A DNA stretch of 64,000 nt from a virus. A program made the position numbers and the translations under genes. The stretch spans positions 1-64,000 of IMG/VR virus record IMGVR_UViG_3300039008_000208, one strand, 5' to 3'. Shown in pieces: positions 37,536 to 47,291 of this stretch. The notes under the pieces are model-generated. The model saw only the letters and a program-made list of their open reading frames with translations. It was not told where the DNA came from and searched no databases. Numbering within the stretch: the stretch's first letter is position 1; each line of letters opens with the position of its first letter.

Positions 37536-39365
37536 ATGAACAATAGTTTATTTGAGGCGGCGCAAGCCGCTTCTTACGAATCTCTACATGCCGAGAAAGT
37601 GGAAGGGGTTAAGCAAAATATCAGTAGCGCCTCATCAATGGGCGAACTTGAAGAAATTTTTGCAGCAGCTTTTAGTCTTGGAAGCGTAGAAGAACGCCAG
37701 CGAGATATAGCGTATCTAAATGCTTTTGATGTTGCAGAACAGCAATATGCAGAGGAGAAAAAGAATTCTCTTAAAGCGATTTCTGCTCAAACGCTTCTTG
37801 CTGAGCTTCAACTAGATGAGGTCGTGGCAGCAAATAAGACATTGAAGAGACGTGATTCAGGTCGCAATCTTGGGAATGAAGTAGAACAAGCTTTTTCGTC
37901 TCTTGGTCAGCAAGTTTTAAGCTCTATAGCAGGAGATGTTTACTCCGAAATCCTTGAATTACGAAAAAAAATTGTAATTCTTCGAGGACAGCGAAGTGAG
38001 TTGGACAAGCCATTAAGAGAAGCTTTTCGCACACAACAGCACAATATTATTAATGGTGATGAATATAGGAAACTTAGCGAGCAGTATGATGTAGATGCAA
38101 ATGCAGTATATCGTAAGTATAGAACGCTGGCAAAAGAGCTTGATATCGACTCTCCTGACTACTCGCAAAAAATCTCAAACATTCAAAAAGAATATAAAAA
38201 GGAAAATGATGCACTTTATGAAAACTTTAAAGGGAGGCAGTTAGCTTTATTTAATAAAGCAGAAGAAGAGTACAAAAGAAAATCAGTTGAAGTGACAAGC
38301 GCCATTGATGAAGAAATTAAAGAAGCTGAAGCTCGTAAAAACGCTTTAGAACTTGAAAAATATAACAGTGTGATAACGAAGTTAACAGAGCGCTCTCCCA
38401 TTTCTGAAAAAGATGCAAAGCTATGGGTTGAATCTCATGTGATTATTAAAAAAGATGCGTTGGCACGATTAAAAAAAATACCTAACTATTCTAACGTTGA
38501 AGACTTCAAGTCAGACATTGCGAAATTTTATCGTCTTTGTGGCGGAAAGATTGCATCTGTTAATTTTGTTGCGACAAAAGGGAAGAAAGAGCGGGCTTTT
38601 GCGTCTGATAAGAAAAATGTTATCGCTATCTCTTCTGATATGGACAAAGAAGTTCTATTTCATGAGCTCGGACATCACTTAGAGTTTCGCAACACTATTG
38701 CACAAAATGCCATATGTAATTTTATTAGTCGGCGCACAAATGGCGAGCGACTCGCTAGCTTAAATAGTCTCACCGGATTTAATGGGTACAGCAAAGATGA
38801 ACGGGCGCGAAAAGATGCATTTATTAGTCCCTATGTAGGTAAACACTATAAGGACGGATCGACGGAAGGTATTTCAATGGGTGCTCAGTATCTTTCAAGT
38901 CCAGATGCTTTGTTTTCGTTGTTTGAGCGTGATAAAGAGCATTTAGAACTTGTAACTGGAATGTTTGCTCATACTGACAGTGCAACTCATGCATATTTTG
39001 AAGCACAGCGTCATGATGCTCTGAGTGAAAAAGAAATAGTGCTTTTAACTGATGCGTTTGCCGTAGCTCTTGATAAGGTTATTACTGCTAAAAAGATGGC
39101 AAGATTTGAGAAACGTCATTCTCGTATGATTGAAAAATTTGGTCGAACATACATGGTGTATCTTGAAGACGGGAGACGCCAAGGGTTTACTAAGATTCGC
39201 AACGCACGGGCATTCTTTTATCTCGTTGAAGCCGGTAAGCAAGGATTAATTCCTGAGACAGTAAGTCCGCTAACGGCAATGAACTATACATATGGCAAAA
39301 AAATTCCACCGTGGTTTACTGAACACTTTGAGTTTCAAGACCTTATAGATGTAGATGGGGTATAG
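37536..39365 (+). CDS. zincin-like metallopeptidase domain protein (polyvalent-protein type)
   Basis: 609 aa from ATG 37536. It has an FHELGHHLE HExxH motif and a long helical N-terminal half. Confidence 0.5.
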   Translation: MNNSLFEAAQAASYESLHAEKVEGVKQNISSASSMGELEEIFAAAFSLGSVEERQRDIAYLNAFDVAEQQYAEEKKNSLKAISAQTLLAELQLDEVVAANKTLKRRDSGRNLGNEVEQAFSSLGQQVLSSIAGDVYSEILELRKKIVILRGQRSELDKPLREAFRTQQHNIINGDEYRKLSEQYDVDANAVYRKYRTLAKELDIDSPDYSQKISNIQKEYKKENDALYENFKGRQLALFNKAEEEYKRKSVEVTSAIDEEIKEAEARKNALELEKYNSVITKLTERSPISEKDAKLWVESHVIIKKDALARLKKIPNYSNVEDFKSDIAKFYRLCGGKIASVNFVATKGKKERAFASDKKNVIAISSDMDKEVLFHELGHHLEFRNTIAQNAICNFISRRTNGERLASLNSLTGFNGYSKDERARKDAFISPYVGKHYKDGSTEGISMGAQYLSSPDALFSLFERDKEHLELVTGMFAHTDSATHAYFEAQRHDALSEKEIVLLTDAFAVALDKVITAKKMARFEKRHSRMIEKFGRTYMVYLEDGRRQGFTKIRNARAFFYLVEAGKQGLIPETVSPLTAMNYTYGKKIPPWFTEHFEFQDLIDVDGV

Positions 39366-39367
39366 CT

Positions 39368-40336
39368 ATGAATTCTGACTATGTATTTGAAATTACGCTT
39401 TCATCTGGTCTTGTAACTGTGGCAATCCATGACACAGAGTGGGATAGCCCTGCGATAGGCACTGCAACAAGTCTTTTTACTGATGCACTTGAACAATTTC
39501 ATGAGTTGATGAGGTTGTATGGATTTGGCAGAGAAGGACATCTTTTTTCTTTGAAAAGCTGCCGTCCTGAAGATTTGGTGATAGCCCTTGTGACGTGCCA
39601 GACGTATCATAAGCTAGATGGATTAAGACATTGGAAACTTGTGTCAGGGAACTGGCCTGAAATGCTCTGCGAGCATTGTCAGTTTATTGTTCCGTATCGT
39701 AGTGGAAGTAGAAAACCGAATGGGTGCTGCAAATTAACAAAACAGGACAGAGATCATGACGCTGTCTGCAATCTGTTTGACGACCAACTTTTTGAGTCTG
39801 CATCCGCTGCTGAAATTGCACAACAGGCAAACGAGTCAGCAACATCGCCAGAGAATGATCTCCCAGAGCCAACGCAGAAGCAGAAAGAATCAGGCAATTA
39901 TAAAACAGGTAAATTGCGCATCGCGGGTCTAAATATTTCCATTGAAAACCCTGCTGGTTCCAAACGGTCTGGTGTTGATCCGAATGGCAATGAATGGTCT
40001 ATTCAGCTTCAACATCATTATGGGTATGTAAAAGGCTCGCTAGGCAAAGATAAAGACCATGTAGACGTATTTATAAATCCGAAAGCATCTGAAGATGAGA
40101 TAATCGCACGTCCGATATACGTTGTAGATCAAATTTCGCCTGAGACAAAAGAATTTGATGAACACAAGGTTATGTTTGGGTTTGCAGATAGAAAGGCCGC
40201 AGAAGAAGCATATTTATCAAATTATGAACAAGGCTGGAATGGCTTAGGAACTATTTCTGAGATGAGCATGAATGTCTTTTCTGCATGGGTGTTTAATAAA
40301 AAAGCGACGAAACGCCCTGCTGGTATTACGAATTAA
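39368..40336 (+). CDS. inorganic-pyrophosphatase-like domain protein with a Cys-rich N-terminal domain
   Basis: ISIENPAGSKRSG...HHYGYVKGSLGKDKDHVDVFI...IYVVDQI parallels family I PPase (NYGYI...DGDPVDVLV). Confidence 0.45.
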   Translation: MNSDYVFEITLSSGLVTVAIHDTEWDSPAIGTATSLFTDALEQFHELMRLYGFGREGHLFSLKSCRPEDLVIALVTCQTYHKLDGLRHWKLVSGNWPEMLCEHCQFIVPYRSGSRKPNGCCKLTKQDRDHDAVCNLFDDQLFESASAAEIAQQANESATSPENDLPEPTQKQKESGNYKTGKLRIAGLNISIENPAGSKRSGVDPNGNEWSIQLQHHYGYVKGSLGKDKDHVDVFINPKASEDEIIARPIYVVDQISPETKEFDEHKVMFGFADRKAAEEAYLSNYEQGWNGLGTISEMSMNVFSAWVFNKKATKRPAGITN

Positions 40337-40354
40337 TAGTTTTGTACATTATGC

Positions 40355-40383
40355 CCCACGCTATTTTTAGCGTGGGTTTTTTT
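40355..40383 (+). terminator. Rho-independent terminator
   Basis: cccacgct-attttt-agcgtggg followed by T7. Confidence 0.8.
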
Positions 40384-40450
40384 AGCTTCAAAAAATGCGA
40401 TATGCGGCAGATAGAACAGTGGAGCTATCCCTTCTTAGGGTTATTGAGCT

Positions 40451-40491
40451 ATCGAATTAAACGATGCGTAGAACGTATCGTCTAATTCGAT
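40451..40491 (+). promoter_or_regulatory. 18-bp imperfect inverted repeat upstream of the 2105-aa gene
   Basis: atcgaattaaacgatgcg-tagaa-cgtatcgtctaattcgat (2 mismatches) followed by ttttt, ending 31 nt before the ATG. Confidence 0.4.
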
Positions 40492-40522
40492 TTTTAAATG
40501 ATAGCCACACTAGAGAGAGCAG

Positions 40523-43500
40523 ATGCAAGATCAAATTTTTGAACAGCTTTCCGACGATGAAAAGGATAGGCTTAACTCTGCAAAAAATTATAGAGAACTT
40601 GAAGCCGCGTTTACAGAAATAATGGGCTTGGGAGGCAGCAGTAGCGAAGCTCTCAAGCCCAACGCATATCAAGCGACGGACTCAGAGTATGGGTTGAAAG
40701 CACGAGGAGTAAAGACCCGTGAAAAGCTCAATGCTCAAGCTATAGAAATTATTAACCGTGTTGATAATCCACAAGACCTGACGGAAGAAGATCGTAATAT
40801 CTTGTTACAGTATTCCGGCAAAGGTGGTCTTTCCGATAATTCTCAGTATGAATACTACACCCCTACATTTGTCGCAGAAGGCGTCTGGAATGCACTTAAG
40901 AAAAACGGCTTTGCGAGTGGTTCTGTGCTTGAGCCTAGCTGTGGTGCTGGCGTGTTCCTTGGAACAAAACCAGAAGGCGCTGTCTGTTTTGGCAATGACC
41001 TTGATCCCGTAGGCTCTAAAGTCTCTAAGTTACTTAATCCAGAAAGCATTGTTTCAAACACACCATTTGAGGCAGTCGTGGTGTCGGCTGAAGACGAGTC
41101 GTTTGACTGCGCCGTCGGTAATGTTCCATTCGGATCAGCGCGAGGTGCTTCCGCCAACCTTGACCCCGCCTACAAAAATGAAAAGCAGATTGAACGCTAC
41201 TTTCTTCTGCGAATGCTCGATAAAATTAAACCGAATGGTCTAATTTGTGTTGTAGTTCCAACCAACATTATTGGAAAGAGAGATGCAGGATGGCAACGAT
41301 TCCGCATCGAACTTTCAAAAAAAGCTGAGTTCCTTGGTGCGCATAAGCTTGCTGGAGGTAATGGCCGTAAAGACGAAGATGTTTTTGGTGGCAAAGGTGG
41401 GCAGGGAACAAGTACCACCACTGATGTAATTGTGCTTCGTAAACACCCCCGCTCTGTCCTTGATAAAATCCATGATATTGCGTCTGACACGCTGTGGGCA
41501 ACTAACGTCTATTTTGATGAATTTATTGAAGGCCGGTACTGGCAGGGAGAAGGTAAGCCGTTTATCCAAGGTGAATATTCCTTAAAAAAACGTAGGAATG
41601 GATTTGATGAAGTTGTTTCAGGTGGCGCTGTAGAACCAGCAGCAGTAAAGGCCAAGCTTGCTCATAAATTTCATTCTCGCATTGATTGGGATGAACTGGA
41701 TGCTGCTGAGCCGCGCGAAGTTTGTGCGGTAGAAGGCGATAGACGTTATCTTGGCGGTGTTTCTTTCGAGTACACGAATGGACTGTGGCAAAAGGTGGTT
41801 GTATCCCAAGAGACTATTACCCCTATTTCTGAAGAACAGTATGGATTTGCTACTGAACAGGATTTGGCTTTTGCCCTGCAAAATAATGCTACGCTCCTTT
41901 CATTATCATATGAACAGGCTCAAGCGTTACTTGCGGATTATCCATCACAGTTAAGTGAACTACAAAAAGAAGCGATCAAATATGGATTGAATAAGCCTGA
42001 AGCGCTTCGTGAGCAGCTTATGCGTGGTATTTTGTTTGGTGGTATGCTTTCTCGCATGAAATCAGCGGAAGATCAGGGTGAAGATGTTTCTATGGAGCGG
42101 CAGGTTTTGCAAGAGCAGATTGTCGCTGAAATTGATACCTACGGACATCCATTAAACAATTCACGCCTTCGCAATGCGGCTTCTGACTCTGGCTTATTTA
42201 AGATGTACCAGAACGCCGTAGATAGAAAAGGGCAATTTTCTGCATTGCTTTCAGGGCAATTAGAGCGTGCTGTTGACCGCATAGGCTATGACGCCGGTGA
42301 TCCAACGGATGTCGTGACTCATATGTTTGTCCGACAAGGGAAGCATAATATTTTCTTTGATGATTTTAAGGAAATGTATGTTGGTGAGCGCAAAATAGAA
42401 AGCTTGGGAGATTTGGCAAATGTTGACGGACTCGCCATTACTCCGTCTGGCACTTTGATGCCAATGAATCGATATTGCTCCGGTGATATTTTTTCGAAAA
42501 TTGCAGAGCTCGCTGAAGCGATGGATCATGAGGGAGATCAGCGCCTAGTTGCTTGTTGGAAGCGCCAGATTGATGAAATGCTTTCTAAAATGAAGAAAGT
42601 GGAAACAGAAGACATTGTTTTCGGAGTTCAGCAGAACTGGTTTGACCGCAAATACATTGATGATTTTATCCGCTCTGAAGGCTTTGAAATCGGCTACGGC
42701 AAAGAGCTTGAAGTGGAGAAAGAACATTATGATGGGACGACATATACCGCTACCGAATTCGATTATGATTACACCGGCCTTGATGGAGAATTTGTTTACA
42801 CTGGGAAAGGCAAGAACTCTAAAAATAAGTTCGAAAATCAGCTTATTAAAGTCTTGAATGGTGGAAAAATTGATCGCCTTGTCCCACCTCAAGGCATGTC
42901 AGATACAGAAAAGAAAGCATGGAAAGAAACAAAGCTTATTGAGTACCACGGTGAATTAAATGCACTTGAAGAGCGTTTTAATTCATGGATGCAGCAGCAC
43001 AAAGATATTCAGTCCATTACTGATTCATATAACCGTAAATTTAATGGCTACGTGCCAGTGCAGTATGAAACTGATCCGTTAGTAGGCATGGACGAATACT
43101 TTGCTGAAGATGTAAAGCTGCATGGTTATCAGAATGCTGAAGTGCGCCGTCTTTCAGAAGAAGGGCGGGGTATTTGTGGTTTTGGTGTTGGTTTAGGAAA
43201 AACCTTTACTGGCCTTGCAACATGTGCTCATGACCACAAAATGGGGCGTAGTAAGAAAAAATGTATTGTTGTGCCAAAATCAGTTCTCGAAAACTGGTAT
43301 CACGAAGCAAGAGCACTTTATAGGCAAGATTTTTTCTACAACAAGATAAAATTTATCGGACTTGAAGTTGTGCGCGATAAAGGTGGCAACATTACTCAAG
43401 TGCCACTGATGGATGAGCGTGGGGAGCAGGTTATTAGCAAGACGGGCAATCCTGTTTTTCAAGATAAGCTTAAAGCAAAGGGGGGCTATGCCTACATCGC

Positions 43501-46500
43501 TGATCAGCTTTGGGAGGTTGTCCAGTCTAATCCGGCAATTGTCGTAATGTCCCGTGATTGGTTCGCTAAAATCCCACTGAAGCAAGAAGCGAAGGATATG
43601 TACGTCGATGATATGATGGCTTTGTTACCAACCGATGGTGATAAAAAGAGCTACCAGCAAGACGTAGCGCGGCAGAAAAAGCAAGAACAATATGCAGATG
43701 AAGGGACTAACAAGAAAGATAGTTTCCCGTTTTTTGAAGAGATTGGGTTTGACTCAGTCATGGTCGACGAACTGCATGAACAGTTTAAAAACTCTCTTCC
43801 TGCCGGTCAGAAAACTCGTGGTATTGCATATCTTCCTGCTGCCGGTACTGCTCAGAAAGGTCGCGACATGGCTATGAAAGGCCATTACTTGCGCACAATG
43901 AATAACGGACGTGGTATTGTCGGCCTATCTGCTACCCCAGTCACAAATTCTCCATTCGAAATTTTCAATCAACTGTCGCTTGTTGCTGGTGTTGATGATT
44001 TTCAGCGCTTCGGCGTTTCCAATGTTGACGATTTTGTGCGTATTTTTGGCAATACAGAGCTCATGGATGTGATGAACATTAAAGGAGATGTTCAACTTAA
44101 AAATGCGCTTTCAGGCTTTAAAAACCTTGATGGACTCCGCTCTACATTCAATAAGTTTGTAAATCTACAAACTGCTGATGATGTAGGTAAAGAAGTACAT
44201 GTTCCTACTCCTGTCGAGAGTGTTCACGACGTAGAAATGACCAGTGAACAGGAAGAGCTCTATTCTTCATTAAAGCGTCGTGCAAATATTCTGCTGAATG
44301 CCGAGTCTATGCTTGATGCGGCAAAAATGCAGGGGGTAGAGGAGCTTGAAAAAGTACAAGCAGAAATTAAAGCCCTAGAGGGCGATTCTGTATTTTCCAT
44401 TATTCGCGATATGGACAGGGTTGCCACAGACGTAGACTTGTATCGCCGGACAATGACGTTCATTCTGCCTAAAAAACATAAAGAAGCGACGTTGAAGCTT
44501 GTTGATGGGTTGCCGGATACATACAAAGCGCCTGTGCTTGACGAAGAAACAAACAAGCACATGGTAGACCCTGAAACCGGTAAAAAAATGTATCGTAATG
44601 CAGAACTGGAGTACTCAATTCTTGATGATGAAGATACGTTTCGCCTTATTTTACCCGATCTGTATGAAGACTTAGTCCTCAAGGCTATGCCGAAGTTTGA
44701 TATTGCCGAATCTGATACAACTCATCCTTTGACACCTAAGTATGCTGCTATGGTGGCGAATGCTAAAAAACACCATGAGGCAAAAGGCAAACAGCTTCTT
44801 TTCACTGAGGAAAAGACACAGCACCGAAAGCTGAAGCGCCTATTGGTGCATAATATTGGCCTCACTTCAAAGCAGATTGCAATCATTAACGCAGATGAGG
44901 CAGCAGGAGAAAAGCTTGATACGATAAGCAAGAATTACAATTCAGGTACGCACATTTTTGCTATTGCGAATAAAAAAGCCGAAGTTGGTGTAAACCTACA
45001 AAAAGGTACAACAGCTATCCACCACATGACCTATCCGTGGACACCGGCAAGTATTAACCAGCGTAATGGTCGCGGTGTTCGACAAGGGAATTCTCAGAGC
45101 TCTGTTGATGTCTACTATTACTCAGGCAAAGGTACATTTGATAATTATCGAAGAATGACGCTTCTTTCTAAATCCACATGGATGGAAGATTTGTTTTCTG
45201 GAAAAGAAACATCTCTTGAAAACGCGGATGCAAGTAGCCGTGAAGAGATGATTATTATGGTAGCAGAGAATCCTGATGAAATGCGTAAAAAGATTGAGCA
45301 GCAGCGCCTTGATCGGGAAAAAGAGCGTGCTAAAAAAGAGCGTGTCCAGCTTACTAACCGTTTTCAAACCTATGCAAACAATGCCCGTGCGCTAGCAAGT
45401 AATGAAACTCGAAAAGAAGAAGCACGCGAGCAACGTCAGCGTGTTGTTGATTCTTTGAAAGAGAAACTTAATAGCCAGAAGCAGCTTGGCAAAATTGATG
45501 CCGCAGAAAAAACTCAAATAAAGCTGGACAAGGCAGAAGAAAAACTTGCGCGCGTTGATGCCGAATTTGCAGCCGAAAAAGCTCGACTGGAACGCACCGT
45601 AGCGCAGCATAAGGGCTATCTTTCTTCAAAGGCAAAAGAGGGTAAGCTACCATTCTCTGCCAGCCTTGTAGATCACCCCGAAAATGCTATTGCTGATACT
45701 CGTGGGCGTCTCTACATCGTAGGGGAATATTTTGAGCGGATGCTTAAAGGCTCAAGCCTTGGGATTTTCCAAGTTGTGGAGATAGAACAAGACACCCGTC
45801 GAGTTATTATCGATGTAATTTCTGGTAGGCCTTTTGGTTTTGAAAAGGTGATTCCCATTGTTGATTTTAAAGGTGTCATTAAAAAATGTACTATTTCTCA
45901 ATCTGAATTGAATATTGCGAGGCTGACTAATCAAGGTTGCGAATATGCGGATTTACCAAAGTTTATTCCAAAAGATGAATACCTGAAACTCCAAGCTACC
46001 TTTAAAAAACCACATGGGTACTATTTTACAAATGAGGCGGAGAAAGGGCTAACACTTGTTTCTCATAGTACCTTTATCCCTGCGTACCCAGAACCACAAA
46101 ATAAGAACTTTAGAGAAGCTGCATTTAATGCTTACGTCGAGCGTAATAGGACGCAGGGGCGTTATACTGCTGTTACTGAGATGATGGAGTCTTTGTTTGG
46201 TGCTGGATGGGAAGAAGAGGCAAAACAGTACGAAACAAACCTTTCTGAAGGTAAGGTAATTAAGCTCCTAAATCAGCATTTTGAAGATAAAAAAGAAGAA
46301 TTGGGTCTGACAACTGATAAAGAGCTGCTTCATCAGTTGTACCGTTTTCTTTACAGCGCGAAAGCGGAGCTAAAAAAACTTGCAGACAATCATCGTGAAC
46401 TCGAAGCATGGGTTGATATTTTTTACGAGGCAAAAAAAGCAAAGCTGAATACAGCAATAAATGAAGAAAAGTTAGCGTTGAAGAGGCAAGAAGAAGAAAA

Positions 46501-46840
46501 GGCGTTAGAGCAAGAAGAGGTCGCACGAGAAACGGGCACATTTTACTCTTTGTCGTCTGCGGATATTGACCGGTTTAAAGAGATCGGCATTACGCTGAAA
46601 GTTAATCAAAATAATTTTGTTACGAAGTGGAAACGATGGACGAACGAGTATGATGCATTTTCTCGAATTTTCATTTCTGGATATGCAACTCGTGCCGCCT
46701 TTGCTGGAAATGCTGATGCAAAGGCTATTTTTGATGCTAAATTTACGAAGGATTGGCCTGAAGCTTCTGGTGCATGGTGGCATGTAAAATCAGATTGTGA
46801 TGTGAATGAACTGTTTCAGTTGTTTAATGAAGCAAGTTAA
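40523..46840 (+). CDS. N6-adenine DNA methyltransferase + SNF2 helicase fusion (DarB-like polyvalent protein)
   Basis: 2105 aa. Methyltransferase motif I is LEPSCGAGVF and motif IV is GNVPFG. Helicase motifs are GVGLGKT, MVDELHEQF, LSATPVTNSP and QRNGRGVRQGN. Confidence 0.75.
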   Translation: MQDQIFEQLSDDEKDRLNSAKNYRELEAAFTEIMGLGGSSSEALKPNAYQATDSEYGLKARGVKTREKLNAQAIEIINRVDNPQDLTEEDRNILLQYSGKGGLSDNSQYEYYTPTFVAEGVWNALKKNGFASGSVLEPSCGAGVFLGTKPEGAVCFGNDLDPVGSKVSKLLNPESIVSNTPFEAVVVSAEDESFDCAVGNVPFGSARGASANLDPAYKNEKQIERYFLLRMLDKIKPNGLICVVVPTNIIGKRDAGWQRFRIELSKKAEFLGAHKLAGGNGRKDEDVFGGKGGQGTSTTTDVIVLRKHPRSVLDKIHDIASDTLWATNVYFDEFIEGRYWQGEGKPFIQGEYSLKKRRNGFDEVVSGGAVEPAAVKAKLAHKFHSRIDWDELDAAEPREVCAVEGDRRYLGGVSFEYTNGLWQKVVVSQETITPISEEQYGFATEQDLAFALQNNATLLSLSYEQAQALLADYPSQLSELQKEAIKYGLNKPEALREQLMRGILFGGMLSRMKSAEDQGEDVSMERQVLQEQIVAEIDTYGHPLNNSRLRNAASDSGLFKMYQNAVDRKGQFSALLSGQLERAVDRIGYDAGDPTDVVTHMFVRQGKHNIFFDDFKEMYVGERKIESLGDLANVDGLAITPSGTLMPMNRYCSGDIFSKIAELAEAMDHEGDQRLVACWKRQIDEMLSKMKKVETEDIVFGVQQNWFDRKYIDDFIRSEGFEIGYGKELEVEKEHYDGTTYTATEFDYDYTGLDGEFVYTGKGKNSKNKFENQLIKVLNGGKIDRLVPPQGMSDTEKKAWKETKLIEYHGELNALEERFNSWMQQHKDIQSITDSYNRKFNGYVPVQYETDPLVGMDEYFAEDVKLHGYQNAEVRRLSEEGRGICGFGVGLGKTFTGLATCAHDHKMGRSKKKCIVVPKSVLENWYHEARALYRQDFFYNKIKFIGLEVVRDKGGNITQVPLMDERGEQVISKTGNPVFQDKLKAKGGYAYIADQLWEVVQSNPAIVVMSRDWFAKIPLKQEAKDMYVDDMMALLPTDGDKKSYQQDVARQKKQEQYADEGTNKKDSFPFFEEIGFDSVMVDELHEQFKNSLPAGQKTRGIAYLPAAGTAQKGRDMAMKGHYLRTMNNGRGIVGLSATPVTNSPFEIFNQLSLVAGVDDFQRFGVSNVDDFVRIFGNTELMDVMNIKGDVQLKNALSGFKNLDGLRSTFNKFVNLQTADDVGKEVHVPTPVESVHDVEMTSEQEELYSSLKRRANILLNAESMLDAAKMQGVEELEKVQAEIKALEGDSVFSIIRDMDRVATDVDLYRRTMTFILPKKHKEATLKLVDGLPDTYKAPVLDEETNKHMVDPETGKKMYRNAELEYSILDDEDTFRLILPDLYEDLVLKAMPKFDIAESDTTHPLTPKYAAMVANAKKHHEAKGKQLLFTEEKTQHRKLKRLLVHNIGLTSKQIAIINADEAAGEKLDTISKNYNSGTHIFAIANKKAEVGVNLQKGTTAIHHMTYPWTPASINQRNGRGVRQGNSQSSVDVYYYSGKGTFDNYRRMTLLSKSTWMEDLFSGKETSLENADASSREEMIIMVAENPDEMRKKIEQQRLDREKERAKKERVQLTNRFQTYANNARALASNETRKEEAREQRQRVVDSLKEKLNSQKQLGKIDAAEKTQIKLDKAEEKLARVDAEFAAEKARLERTVAQHKGYLSSKAKEGKLPFSASLVDHPENAIADTRGRLYIVGEYFERMLKGSSLGIFQVVEIEQDTRRVIIDVISGRPFGFEKVIPIVDFKGVIKKCTISQSELNIARLTNQGCEYADLPKFIPKDEYLKLQATFKKPHGYYFTNEAEKGLTLVSHSTFIPAYPEPQNKNFREAAFNAYVERNRTQGRYTAVTEMMESLFGAGWEEEAKQYETNLSEGKVIKLLNQHFEDKKEELGLTTDKELLHQLYRFLYSAKAELKKLADNHRELEAWVDIFYEAKKAKLNTAINEEKLALKRQEEEKALEQEEVARETGTFYSLSSADIDRFKEIGITLKVNQNNFVTKWKRWTNEYDAFSRIFISGYATRAAFAGNADAKAIFDAKFTKDWPEASGAWWHVKSDCDVNELFQLFNEAS

Positions 46841-46852
46841 ACGAGGTCTTAC

Positions 46853-47287
46853 ATGTTGAATTTAACATTTCTGAAGCCTTCAGAGGAAGAGTTAAAACCT
46901 GTCGTTACTTATGCAACGGAGGCTGTTGGGGAAGAGGCGTGGAGAGAATCTTTTTTAGTGAATATTGTTCAGCTTCTTCAAAAAAGGCCTCTTCAATATC
47001 GAGCTTTTGGGGCTTATTGGTGGCTTTTAAAAGCTGAACTTCTTGCGCTTAGTATCGATGTTTTTGGTGACGAAACAGATGCGGAATGGGTTGAAAAAAT
47101 AAATTATGGCCTATCTGTCACAAATATCGTTGCCGCCTTTATTTATTACGAAAAACGCATAGAGTTGGGGTTAATTTTTGAATCAAATCATTTGATTGAA
47201 TTGATTGATTCAGATGGTGACATCAATACCAAACCCTATGTGCTGCACGATCCGGAAATGGAAATATTGGCAGTCAGTCGGAAATAA
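46853..47287 (+). CDS. hypothetical protein
   Basis: 144-aa ORF between the large fusion gene and the portal gene. Confidence 0.4.
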   Translation: MLNLTFLKPSEEELKPVVTYATEAVGEEAWRESFLVNIVQLLQKRPLQYRAFGAYWWLLKAELLALSIDVFGDETDAEWVEKINYGLSVTNIVAAFIYYEKRIELGLIFESNHLIELIDSDGDINTKPYVLHDPEMEILAVSRK

Positions 47288-47291
47288 ATAT

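Noticed and set aside
47205-47291. Upstream extension of the portal ORF (start at 47205).
   Set aside because: It overlaps the preceding ORF by 83 nt. ATG 47292 directly follows that ORF's stop and gives a sensible N-terminus.
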